From the NCBI RefSeq assembly GCF_001194135.2, contig NC_068988.1, positions 95,569,373 through 95,606,466 of the forward strand: DNA of 37,094 nt, read 5' to 3'. Below the pieces are notes generated by a model. It ran no database searches and was not told the DNA's origin. It was given only the letters and a program-made list of their open reading frames with translations. The translations under genes and the position numbers were made by a program. Below, in pieces: positions 1-11,147 of the stretch; position 1 is the stretch's first letter; every line of letters begins with the position of its first letter. This DNA is from Octopus bimaculoides (lineage: Eukaryota).

Positions 1-275
1 TATATATATATATGTGTGTATGTATATATATATATATAAATATATATATATACGTGTGTGTATGTGTATATAAATATATATATATATATACATACATGTG
101 CGTGTATGTGTATATATATACATGTGTGTGTATGTGTATATATATACATGTGTGTGTGTGTGTGTGTATATACATGTGTATATATATGTGTTTGTGTATA
201 TATGTGTGTATATATGTTTGTGTGTGTGTGTGTATATACATATATGTATATATATATATGTATATATATACGTAT
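1..275. repeat. (TA)n/(TG)n compound microsatellite
   Basis: Direct reading; source of the YI/VC/MC ORFs. Confidence 0.95.
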
Positions 276-882
276 ATCATAACATATATGCACCCCCCGT
301 TATCTGCTTTACACACGCGCGCTCTCTCTTCCCTCTATCTCTTCACTCTCCATTTCTCTTCACTCTCCATTTCTTCTCCTTTTCCATGATAATTCCTTTT
401 CCTTTTCTTTCTCTTTCACTCACACTCCTTCTCTCCGCCTTCTCTCTCTCTCCTTCTTCTTCTCTCTTTCTCCTTCTTCTTCTCTCTCTCTTCTACACTC
501 TCCTTCTATTCTTCAATGTAGCTCTCTCGTTTTACGTTGCTCTCTCGTTCATTTCTTATTCTCTCTTTCTTATTCCTTTTTTCACATCAATGTCTTCCGT
601 CTCTTTGTCTCTCCTCTCTATATTCGTCTCTTTGTCTCTCTTCTCTATATTCGTCTCTTTGTCTCTCTATATATCTCTCTCTCTTACTTCTCAAAGCAAT
701 CTCTTACTCCCTCTCCGTCTCTCTACTCTTTGTGTCTTCGTTTCAATCAAAGACCCACGGAATGAAACTCTCCTGAAATATTAACCTCTTCCCAAATCAA
801 TCAATCAATGCTTAACCAAATGTTCCATCCCTCCTCCCTTGTTTACAAAACTCTTCCCCTTTCTTAGCCTGTTACTCTCACC

Positions 883-915
<33 letters not shown>

Positions 916-919
916 TCTC

Positions 920-1225
920 TCTCACCTCTCTCTCATTCACCTCTCTCTCTCGCACCTCTCTCTCACTCACCTCTCTCTCACTCACCTCTCTCTCACTCAC
1001 CTCTCTCTCACTCACCTCTCTCTCACTCACCTCTCTCTCACTAACCTCTCTCTCACTCACCTCTCTCTCACTCACCTCTCTCTCACTCACCTCTCTCTCA
1101 TTTCTCTCTCACTCACTTCTCTCTCACTCACCTCTCACTCACTTCTCTCTCACTCACTTCTCTCTCACTCACCTCTCTCTCACTCACCTCTCTCTCACTC
1201 ACCTCTCTCTCACTCACCTCTCCTT
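920..1225. repeat. 15-bp minisatellite (CTCACCTCTCTCTCA)n in CT-rich tract
   Basis: Tandem unit visible; translates as the SLTHL repeat. Confidence 0.9.
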
Positions 1226-1457
1226 CACTCACTTTATCTATCTCTCTCTATAATTCTTTCATCATCCGTTACCGTTTTTCGGTCCTTGTTTATATTCTTA
1301 TAACTCTTGTCCCGCCCTTGTCCCCTTTGTTTTCCATCCCTTCGGCGGTCGACAGAGTAAAGTTCCTGCCAACAAATTCTCTCATAATCGACTTCTTACG
1401 TCTCCCCACATTTCAAGCCTTGCAACTAACCACGTGACAAGCAATTATTTTTATTGG

Positions 1458-1560
1458 TTTCAAACTTTGGCACAAGGCCAACAATTTCGTGGAAGGGATG
1501 TAAGTCGGTTACATCGGCCCCAGCGTTTGACTGGTCCTTATTCTATCGACCCCTAAATGG
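1458..1560 (-). mobile_element. SINE family A, 3' fragment (tail T2)
   Basis: Reverse complement of GGGGTCGAT..AATAAG.ACCAG..GGCCTTGTGCCAAAGTTTGAAA shared with other copies. Confidence 0.8.
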
Positions 1561-1590
1561 TTTTTCCTAATATTTATTACAGTTCTTAAA

Positions 1591-1782
1591 GTGGCGAGCT
1601 GGCAGAACCGTGAGCACACCGAGCGAAATGCTTAGCGGCATTTTGTCCGTCTTTACGTTCTGAGTTCAAATTCCACCGAGGTTGGCTTTGCCTTTCATCA
1701 TTTTGGGATCGATAAAATAAGTACCCGTTGAACCGACTTACCCCCTCCTCAGAAATTGCTGGCCTTGTGCCAAAATTTGAAG
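1591..1782 (+). mobile_element. tRNA-derived SINE family A (GGCGGCGAGCTGGCAGAA head), tail T2
   Basis: A-box TGGCAGAACCG, B-box GAGTTCAAATTCC; more than 10 homologous copies in window; probably one of the described octopus OK/OR families (name not assigned). Confidence 0.9.
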
Positions 1783-2129
1783 CCAACATTATGTTCTGAT
1801 TTCGAATCTCACCCAGATCAACTTTGCTTTTCAGCCTTATTTGTACCAATCAAACATTGTTGTATCGCAGTGCTTCAACGGTACTTTATTTTATCGACCA
1901 CAAAATGGCTGACCTTCAGCTTATTATTGTTGTGCTTATTTTTCTCTTCATTTTTTTTTTTTTTTCGTCTTTATTTTTTCTTTCGCTTTCTGTCGGAAAA
2001 TCTCGTTTTCGCTAACCTTACATGTGAGAACATGCGAGAATATTGTAAATATTTGCTGACAAAGTGCTCCTATCAGTTTAATGATTGCCTGAGGGAGCAA
2101 TGAATAGAATCGGAATACGTCGATGAGTT

Positions 2130-2185
2130 TTAGGAAAATAGTATCTCTCTTTCTTTCTTTCCAGGATCTCTTTCTCTCTCTCTCT

Positions 2186-2224
<39 letters not shown>

Positions 2225-2500
2225 TTCCTCTTCTTTAAAATTTTCCTCCTCCTTTCCTATTTTTAGTTTCCCTTTCAATGTTTTTATTTTTTATATCTCA
2301 TTGTCATTCGTTTATTTGTCTCACTCTTTCTCTCTCTCTCTCACTCTTTCTCTCTCTCTCACTCTCTCCTACTCTCTCGCTCTCCTACTCACTCATTCTT
2401 TCTTTCTCAGATACACTCGTTCGTTTTGGCTTTATCTCTCGTTGTTTTTCTCTGTTTTGTTTTCTTGCCTCAATTTTTTATCTACACCTCTCTCTCTCTT

Positions 2501-2536
<36 letters not shown>

Positions 2537-2546
2537 NNNNNNNNNN

Positions 2547-2630
<84 letters not shown>
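2130..2630. repeat. (CT)n microsatellite tracts with 10-N gap at 2537-2546
   Basis: Direct reading. Confidence 0.95.
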
Positions 2631-2803
2631 TCTTTTTCTTAAAGATCAACTTTCTTTCCTCCTCTCTTTTCATTCTTTGCTTTCATGTCCATTCTTCCAC
2701 TTCTAAAACCATCATAAACACACACACACACACACATGTTCTCGCAAACACACCTTCGCACACAAAATGTTCCCCGCTCCAAACATGTCAGCCATGTTTG
2801 AGA

Positions 2804-2841
2804 GGGTCAGTGACTTTTAATGACCAAGAGGTCAAAGGTGA
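2804..2841. promoter_or_regulatory. Cluster of five nuclear-receptor half-sites (IR1 + ER2 + DR1), candidate enhancer
   Basis: GGGTCA-g-TGACTT (2804-2816), TGACCA (2821-2826), AGGTCA-a-AGGTGA (2829-2841). Confidence 0.3.
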
Positions 2842-3254
2842 ACGTTTCCAGCATTAAATCGTCTGCTTCGACTGCATTTATATTACAACAGCCTCAGCCA
2901 ATGTCAAACATGCTTCCAGCTTCAGTTTGTAAAATATTGTTATTCTTGTGGAACCCTTCTACTGAGGACCTTCAACAGCCGGGGGGTGGGGGAGAGGGTT
3001 TGATGAGGGGGGTCAGAGCTGGGACGGGGCTACAGTTGACAATTTGTCCTCTCGTGTTTGTTTTTTGTTTTGATATTTTTAGGTGGGTTTTTTAACGTTT
3101 TTCGGCAAATAAAACTCACCTTAAACATTTGTCTGTCATCAACAATGAAATAAAGTAACATTAAAAACAACAACAATTACAAAAGAAAAAGACAGCCACA
3201 AAAACAACACTAAGAAAATCATCAAATACAATCACTAATAACGAATGAAATAAC

Positions 3255-3368
3255 TGCTGCTGCTGCTACTACTACTATTCCTGCTTTTATTACTACTACA
3301 ACTGCTGCTACCACCACTGCTACTATCTCTTCAGTTATGTCTGCAACGATTACTATTGCTGCTACTGT

Positions 3369-3400
<32 letters not shown>
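3255..3400. repeat. (ACT/GCT)n trinucleotide repeat
   Basis: Direct reading. Confidence 0.9.
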
Positions 3401-3401
<1 letters not shown>

Positions 3402-3485
3402 AAGAATGGCAGCAACAAAAACAAGAGCAAGAATTCTAAGAACAACAATACCAGTTGTACCATTAACAATGTCTACAATGACGAA

Positions 3486-3693
3486 GGCGGCGAGGTGGCA
3501 GAATGGTTAGCACGCCGGGCGAAACGCTTTCGTCTGCCGCTACGTTCTGAGTTCAAATTCTGCTGAGGTCGACTTTGCCTTTCATCCTTTTCGGAGGTCG
3601 ATTAAATAAGTATCAGTAATCGACTTAATCCCTTTGTCTGTCCTTGTTTGTCCCCTCTATGTTTAGCCCCTTGTGGGCAATAAATAAATAAAT
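3486..3693 (+). mobile_element. SINE family A, tail T1, internal deletions
   Basis: Head GGCGGCGAGGTGGCAGAA, B-box, tail TTTGTCTGTCCTTGTTTGTCCCCTCTATGTTTAGCCCCTTGTGGGCAATAAA. Confidence 0.9.
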
Positions 3694-4654
3694 ATCTACT
3701 ACTACTACTACTACTAGCGGTGGTGGTGCAATAGCAACAACAGGGTTACAGAAGCAATAACATTAACAAAAACAGCAGCAACAACAGCAACAGCGACACT
3801 ATAACCGCTAACAATTAAAAAGGGTTGTTTTGTGATGGTGGTGGAGGGGAAGGTGTTCAAGGGTTAGTCAAGATTTCATGGATGGTGACAGGTTTGAAAT
3901 CGGGAGTTGAAGACGGTGGAGGAGCAGCAAGAAAAAGTTTCAAATTTTGTTCTTTTATTTTTTTGCTTTTTTTTATTTTTTACTTTTACACTTCTGTTTT
4001 TTTTTAAGTTACCCCCCGAATATGAATGAAAAGTGATTGTGAAGCGAATGTAGAGAGAGTTAAAACAATTATAGTTTCTTAGGAAAATTCAAGTTGAATT
4101 GTCCAAAAATGTAATTATTTACAAAGCGTTGTGATTCATTGTGAATATTTGTACTGATGTGGCTGAAAAAAAAAACTGGATGCTTGAGAAAAACCTCAAA
4201 CAAAAAGACCGTTCTACTTTCAATGGTTGCTTAACACCAACCAACCAGCCAGCCAGCCATCACTACCAGCGTTCAGATCCATTCTTCCTCTCCAGAGTCT
4301 TCTTGGAGTCTTTGTTACAGAACTCATGAATCAAAGCCATTTGTCTCAAGCAAAATCGGTTTCCGCCAGTCTTGGTTTTTATCTTGGTCTTTTTATTGTG
4401 AAATGAGACAACGGAAGAAGGATTAATGAGAAATAATCGACTGAGTCGGATCTATAGTAAATTCCAATAACTCTTTCTTATTGATCTCAGAGATGAACGA
4501 CTATAGTAACATATATATTATATAGTAAATCCAAAAAAAAAACAAGAACAAACACAAAAAAAAACAACAACGCGAGGACGTGGTACATGTTATTAGCAGA
4601 CGCTCAGGGAAGGAAAGAAAGGCGGCTTTACGTTTCGAGCAAAGCTCTTCTTCA

Positions 4655-5190
4655 GACTATTGGATCTTGTTATACATCGCTGGTTACAATACACTTTGCA
4701 TTGTTTCAGATTTTGAATGATGCCACCCCACTGGTTAGGCGAAGCAGGTCAACGTTCTTCCCCCTGGATCACGTGGTCGTACCAGTTTGATCCTGTCTCC
4801 ACCTCTTAATACAACGAACTTTTCTTGGATTTTCTACACCTACACTTCGGACTATTCTACCTAGACTTTCTACTCTCCTACCCATGGATTACACTGGACT
4901 TATCTGTTGATGAGAAATCGCTCCAATACACCACGACGTTTGAAGCTTTTGAACCTTTTGAACTTTTCTTAACTTTTTTGTATTTTCTGCTTTTCCTCTG
5001 TCCGGCATTCGCCATAATAGCTCGCTAGCCACTTCATATTCTTTATTTTCTCTCTCTCTGTTTCTTTCGGTGTTCCTTTCAGTTGAAGAGCGTAGGCTCG
5101 AAACGTTAAAGACTTTTTCATTTCCAGAGCGTTAAACTAATACATCTGTTTGTTTTCTACACCACCTGTCTTCGTCTTTTGTTGTTGTTG
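4655..5190 (+). mobile_element. Non-coding interspersed repeat ending in a Penelope-type pseudo-LTR-like segment
   Basis: Resembles a repeat I recall from octopus sequence; single copy here; carries a hammerhead-like motif at 5076-5112. Confidence 0.4.
5076..5112 (+). ncRNA. Atypical/degenerate minimal hammerhead-like motif
   Basis: CTTT-CAGTTGA-A-GAGC(GTAG)GCTC-GAAA-CG-TT-AAAG: stems I and II and the AACGTT palindrome are intact; core differs from CUGANGA at U4 and A6. Confidence 0.45.
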
Positions 5191-5359
5191 TTTTTTGTAT
5201 ATATTTGTTACTCTTTAATGAGAATAGTTTTGATAATAGTATTGACAGTGACTTCGAAGTTTCGGGTAGCTAAGCGATCATCGGACTCCAATACAATTTT
5301 AGTTCATCTTAGTTTTATATAGTCTCTACTAAGTCAAATTTTTCCCGGGTAACCCTAGT

Positions 5360-5575
5360 TCTTATTTCTCTATTGCCCACAAGAGGCTCAACATAGAGGG
5401 GACAAACAAGGACAGACAAAGGGATTAAGTCGATTACATCGACCCCAGTGCGTAACTGGTACTTAATTTATCGACCCCAAAAGGATGAAAGGCAAAGTCG
5501 ACCTCGGCGGAATTTGAACTCAGAACGTAACGGCAGACGAAATACTGCTAAGCATTTCGCCCGACGTGCCGCCCT
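5360..5575 (-). mobile_element. SINE family A, tail T1
   Basis: Reverse complement of the 10055 copy, head partly deleted. Confidence 0.9.
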
Positions 5576-5590
5576 CTGTTGAATAATTTT

Positions 5591-5780
5591 TACGCCGTAT
5601 GGTGGGTTGTGGTGACCAAATGGTACGGAGAATTTTTATTGATTAAATTTGGGGAAAAAGCTGATTTTTAAAATTAATTTCTCTTAGCAATTATAACAAT
5701 CAGCATTTCCCCAAATTTAATCAATGAAAATTCTCCATGCCATATGGCCACCACAACCCACCGTCACCTAACGGAGATTA
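5591..5780. mobile_element. Palindromic MITE with about 65-bp inverted arms
   Basis: 5601-5666 is the near-perfect reverse complement of 5698-5762 (GGTGGGTTGTGGTG.CCA.ATGG...GCTGATT); TSD unclear. Confidence 0.8.
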
Positions 5781-5854
5781 TAAAAAGCCAAGATGAACTT
5801 AAATGCATTAAAGTCCGATGTTGGTTTTAGCTGGTCGAAATTTCAGTTCTATGT

Positions 5855-6065
5855 GTGTGAGTGTGTATATATATATGTGTGCGTGTATATGTGCGTGTGT
5901 ATATGTATATATATATACACACATAAACGTGTGTGTGTGTATATATATGTGTGCGTGTATATGTGCGTGTGTATATGTATATATATACACACATAAACGT
6001 GTGTGTGTATATATATGTATGTGCGTATATGTGTGTGCGTATTTATATATACATAATATATGTAT

Positions 6066-6104
<39 letters not shown>
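5855..6104. repeat. TA/TG compound repeat with about 70-bp tandem duplication
   Basis: Unit ending ...ACACACATAAACGTGTG repeated, then (TA)n. Confidence 0.9.
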
Positions 6105-6106
<2 letters not shown>

Positions 6107-6109
<3 letters not shown>

Positions 6110-6296
6110 GGCGAGTTGGCAGAAACGTTAAGCATTTCGTCCGTCCTTACGTTCTGAGTTCAAATTCCGCTGAGGTCACTTTGCCCTTCATCCTTTCGGA
6201 GTCGGTAAAATAAGTACCAGTTACGCACTGGGGGCTCAACGTAATCGACTTACTCCCTCCCCCAAACGTGCTGGCCTTGTGCCAAAATTTGAAATA
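6107..6296 (+). mobile_element. SINE family A, tail T2
   Basis: Head, B-box and tail GCTGGCCTTGTGCCAAAATTTGAAA. Confidence 0.9.
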
Positions 6297-6597
6297 ATTA
6301 GATAGCTAAACGGATAGATAGATGGATAAAGTAAGAGAGTGTATACATGGAGGTATAAATATATTGACAAGAACGCATGTATATATATATACACACACAC
6401 ACACACACGCGCGTGTGTGTGCACAATTGCGTACAAAAATGCACGAATGAATACAAATGGAAAAACATTGCCAATATTTCCGTAATCATAAACCGTGTGT
6501 GTGTGTGTTTGAATGTATGTACGTACGCGTGCATGCTTGTATTTTGTGTGTACGAATATATTTGTAAATGTATGTGTACGAATGTGTACATGTATGT

Positions 6598-6647
<50 letters not shown>

Positions 6648-7726
6648 GTACACATATACATTTACACGCATTTGAGCAAATCCCTACAGAAACACTAAAA
6701 AATCTATTAGGTTTTCAATAGATAAATGATATATAATCTATATCGATGTGTGTGTGTGTATAAAATCTACAGGACTGTCGCTTTATCTTCTTTCATTGTT
6801 CACTCTATCTCTTACCTTTTCACTTTTTCGCTATCACTGACTCACGTTTTTTTCTTTTTTTTTCTCTCTCTTTTTTCTTAGTCCTGAATTATAAATTATA
6901 GTGAATGAAGTGTTAAACAGGGGTTGATTATTCGAGTTAGCAAAGCAGATAGACCGGTCCTTATTTATTTATCTCTCCATTTCTCTGTTCGGTAATATTA
7001 AAGTAATGTTAGTCACTAATAGCGGAGATACGTAACCGTAAAAGACGCCAGGTGACAGAGAACAACAACAACTACGTAATCTTCAAACAAACCTGCCGTT
7101 TGATAAAATCAAATAAACTGTATTTCCTTTAATGAATTGCTATTGATGAGATAGATGTGGTCGGACAATTGATAGAGTAAAGAAGTCGACGTTTCGTGTC
7201 CAGGTGATGCATGCTTTGCAGTTCTCTCGGGAATTAAAACAGTTTGTTCCAAGCGGCTCAGTCGATCAAGGCAGATCTGAATGTTGCAGAAGGTCTGTAT
7301 GATTTAAAGCTATTCTGCGGACTTGAAGTTCCCTGCTCAGATTTCCACGACAGAAAAAAACCCCTTGAAATGTCTTCCACACCACTTCTGATTTGTTCAG
7401 CATACAATGTTTCACTCATATGAAGATGCGTGGCCAATTATCAGAATACTGGACTCAAGGCCGCAAGCAGTAGCGATAACTAACGAGTGCTTCTTAATCC
7501 TACCCTTAGAATAAGGAAGAAATCTTTCTACCGAGCTAGTTAGGCCGGTGTTTCGTTTTGATTTTCATATCGATAACCAGATGAAAATGAAACCCCTTCG
7601 TCCTCCTTTGAATGCGACATCCTTGTATAGCAGACATACTCGTCTACAAAAGTTCAAGCTTGTCTGCGTCCACCTAAACTTGTCTACATTTATTTACGCT
7701 TACGTTCATTTAACATCCGTCTACGC

Positions 7727-8259
7727 CAATGGTTATCACCCGGTATCCATATGGCCCTTGGTGGGATCTGTATAGCCCTTGGAGTGGAGTCCATATGGCC
7801 CTTGGTGGGATCCATATATCCCTTGGGGCTGGGGTTCAGATAGCCTTTGAGGTGGGGTCCATATAAGATCTTGTTCCTAAATTTTATCTACAAAAAGTTT
7901 ATACAACATAAAGCGGTATTTCGTCTGTCTTTACGTTCTGAGTTCAAATTCCGCCGAGGTCGACTTTGCTTTTCGTTCTTTCGGGATCGATAAACTAAAT
8001 ACCAGTTGTGTACTGGGGTCGATCTAATCGGCTGGCCACCTCACCCAAAATTTCGGGCCTTGTGCCTAGAGCAGAAAAGAACAATTATTTTGAATACAAT
8101 TCCTAATAATATTTAATTTAAAAAATGGAATATTGATAATACTTAAATTGTGAAAATATAAGATTTTTTTAACCATTGAATGGCTTTGAGGGTCCATCCG
8201 AATAAAATGGGGACCAAAAGGGGCCATGGGCAAAGACAAAAAAGGGTTGAGAAACACTG
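7727..8259 (+). mobile_element. hAT-type MITE with internal about 20-bp tandem repeats, interrupted by a SINE
   Basis: Imperfect TIRs CAATGGTTATCACCC / GGGTTGAGAAACACTG; 8-bp TSD GTCTACGC (7719-7726) / GTCTGCGC (8260-8267). Confidence 0.8.
7912..8088 (+). mobile_element. 5'-truncated SINE family A, tail T3, nested in the hAT MITE
   Basis: GCGGTATTTCGTCTGTCTTTACGTTCTGAGTTCAAATTCCGCCGAGG body; tail GGGCCTTGTGCCTAGAGCAGAAAAGAAC. Confidence 0.9.
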
Positions 8260-8661
8260 GTCTGCGCCCATCTAAGCTCATCAAAGTTCGCTTACGCCTA
8301 AGTTCATTTACGTTCGTCTACTCCCGCCTATTTCCGTATATGTTCGTCTATACTCGTCTGCGCTCGACTGTAATCGATTATGTCATGTATTGGATCATGC
8401 TTGGGCCTCCCTTACGTTTAGTTAAAGTTGTCATTGCGTTTCCCTGGTTCCGTCTGTGGCCGATGAAATACATACCAGTAATATATTAGCCCCCCCCCCC
8501 GCCACCTATTCGACCGGCATATCCGCTTCAATTCACCCTCGCCTTCCTTTCGTTGTGCCTTAGTTTAGAAATCATTATTAAAGCAGCGAGAGTCGAAAAG
8601 TAGGCAATTTAGTTAAGTGATGTGTAAAGCTAAATGCTAAACGACATTAAATCCATCTTTG

Positions 8662-8719
<58 letters not shown>

Positions 8720-9372
8720 CACGTCATGAGAAGCTGCAATACTAACGAGATTGATTCCTCCATTATTTTTGCAGATCGAATCTCGCATGTAAGAGATTGT
8801 CTCTCTCTAGTAGTTACCTTTATGTTTCTTTATTATAGCATTTCTATATTTTGTTGAGATGTTTTATCATTATTTTACGTGAGGGGTGGGCTGAGAGATA
8901 GGGGTGTATTTTTAATGTTTGATATATTTTGTTATTAGTGTCATATGTTTTTATATTTATTTGTCTTGATATTTTGCTTCCCCTTGTGAGAAGAGAAAAC
9001 CATTTATGGATAATTAATATCCCTGGAATATTCTAGGTGTGGTAACTGATGACGTTTATATAATGTTTGTGTGCGGATGTGATTATATGCATGCACTTCC
9101 ATACGTATGGCTAGCGCATCCAGCACATGTACATGTGAGTGGGCGCGCTGCTGCTTCTGTTTTTTTTTTTATTATTAAAACAAAAAATAATGTTTCTGAT
9201 ACATGCAAATATAAATATATTTCTTCATATAAAGAACACACACACACACACACACACACACAATATGAGATTTTACGCACGTTATTCGAATGGTGTATAT
9301 ACTAGCATGTTACCCGTCATATGCCAGGTGAATATGAGAGTCTACTTTTACCACCATGGCTAATATCAAGAA

Positions 9373-9472
9373 TTCGGAGTCGATCAAATGAGTACCAATC
9401 AACTACTGGGATCGATGTAATCGATTTCCCCTCTCCACAAAAGCCGCTGGCTCTGTGCCAAAATGTGAAACC
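9373..9472 (+). mobile_element. SINE family A 3' fragment (T2)
   Basis: GGAGTCGAT..GAGTACC..GATCGATGTAATCGA..TGTGCCAAAATGTGAAA. Confidence 0.75.
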
Positions 9473-9539
9473 ATTATTTTTATTAATAATAATAATACCC
9501 AAAAAGAAGGGTGCATTAACGGGATCAGTAGAACATCAG

Positions 9540-9690
9540 ACAAAATGTTCTGCGGTATTTAGTTCCGGTACTTTCGACTTTCCTCCCTCCGACGTCTATA
9601 AAATAAACTGCTACTCAAGTTTGGGGTCCATAATATCAGTTAAGTCCCTTCCTTCAAAAATTGTTGGCCTTGTGCTTCAATTAAAAACCT
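9540..9690 (+). mobile_element. Highly degenerate SINE family A (T2)
   Basis: Residual GCGGTATT, ACTTT and GGCCTTGTGC motifs in order. Confidence 0.55.
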
Positions 9691-9890
9691 TTATACCTGA
9701 CTGGTCTCAGTGTTACCGGTGCAAGTATAGCGTTCCAGCTGTGACCACACCAGTTGTCAGACACAGTGCCTCTAAGATTTTCTTATCTAAAGTATTCTTG
9801 CTTTGTTTTAAGTCGGCAGAATGTGCTTTGATGAAGATTTGTTTGTTATTTCTAGCAGGTCCAATGACCATGTAATGGATCCCTTTTTAA
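9690..9890 (-). mobile_element. Repeat family E (TGGTC..GACCTGCTAGAAATA module), SINE body/tail
   Basis: Reverse complement matches plus-strand copies at 10448, 21858, 25466, 33272. Confidence 0.7.
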
Positions 9891-10054
9891 ATCAGTGAGA
9901 TGGATCTGCTAAGGCCCAATGGAATGATAAGGTCCATTTAAAATGTTCTTTTGCGATTCCGGTGGGAAGAAAAGAACGTATTTTTATTCCACAAAGCCTA
10001 AAGTTCTATAAAAGTCTTGGAATGCTAATGCTATCCTCGCAGAAATTGAGTAAA

Positions 10055-10273
10055 GGCGGCGAGATAGCAGAAACGTTAGAACGCCGGGCGAAATGCTTAG
10101 CGATATTTCGTCTGCCGTTGCGTTCTGAGTTCAAATTCCGCCGAGGTCGACTTTGCCTTTCATCCTTTCGGGGTCGATAAATTAAGTACCAGTTGCGCAC
10201 TGGGGTCAATATAATCGACTTAATCCCTTGTTTGTCCCCTCTATGTTTAGCCCCTTGTGGGCAATAAAGAAAT
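10055..10273 (+). mobile_element. SINE family A, near full length, tail T1
   Basis: Complete head/body/tail, highly similar to the 19055 copy. Confidence 0.95.
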
Positions 10274-10337
10274 TAAAAATTGAGTAGAAGCAAATCCAAA
10301 GGCACAGTTTTCGGCAACACATTACCATATGAGAATA

Positions 10338-10376
<39 letters not shown>

Positions 10377-10447
10377 TGTATGCTTTTTAAAATTTGTTTC
10401 ATATTTCTACTTTCTTGAATCTCTCTAATGAATTAATTACTAAGAAA

Positions 10448-10648
10448 GTCTGTATATGGTTGCTGGATCGACTAGAAAAAGCAGCTAAATCACTTTCAGA
10501 TCATATCCTTCTATCTTGAAAAGGAAAGGACACATTAAATAATGAAGGGACTGGATAATAAGCTGTGTCGAATTCGATGGTCATGGCTGGAACGTCACAA
10601 CCATCTCGATTTGCTCAGTCCACAATGACCTGAAATTAAACAACAACC
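10448..10648 (+). mobile_element. Repeat family E
   Basis: TGGTTGCTGGATCGACTAGAAAAAGCAGCTAAATC...GATGGTCATGGCTGGAAC...AAACAACAAC. Confidence 0.7.
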
Positions 10649-11106
10649 AATCATAATAGATAGATAAATAAATAACTAAAAAAACGCGAAAAAATTCAAT
10701 GATTTGAATCTTTTATCGACTGTAAAAGGTGTTAAGTGAAACTAAATATTTTGATTTGACTTAAGTTAATCTGAACAGCTTAGTCTTCGATTACAAAATA
10801 ATAATAATATTAATAATAATAATAATTTGTAATATTCGTGTTTTTTGTTGTTTTTGCTTCTGTTTTATTATCGCCTTCACTTATGTCATGCAACTCTCAC
10901 AATCAACCATTTTTCACTTCTAAGTCCACTGTTCTCTTTTTCTCTACGCTCCCATCCCTTCTATCCTCTTCTAGTTTCACTTTCATCTCCTAAAAATTCA
11001 AACTCCTGCTTTTTATCTTGCTTTTTTTCTTATACATCTTCTATTCCGTTTTTATCTCAACACAAATTGTTTCAGTTCGTTTTCAGTAACGCCACCTACA
11101 TAAATA

Positions 11107-11147
<41 letters not shown>

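Noticed and set aside
920-1225. CRISPR-like array
   Set aside because: Contiguous tandem units with no unique spacers, in eukaryotic DNA
12-1303. Long ORFs rich in YI/VC/SL/THL
   Set aside because: Translations of TA, TG, CT microsatellites and a 15-bp minisatellite; the same applies to similar ORFs throughout
7175-7230. GAAACGTC on minus strand as a hammerhead
   Set aside because: No CUGANGA core and stems I/II do not pair
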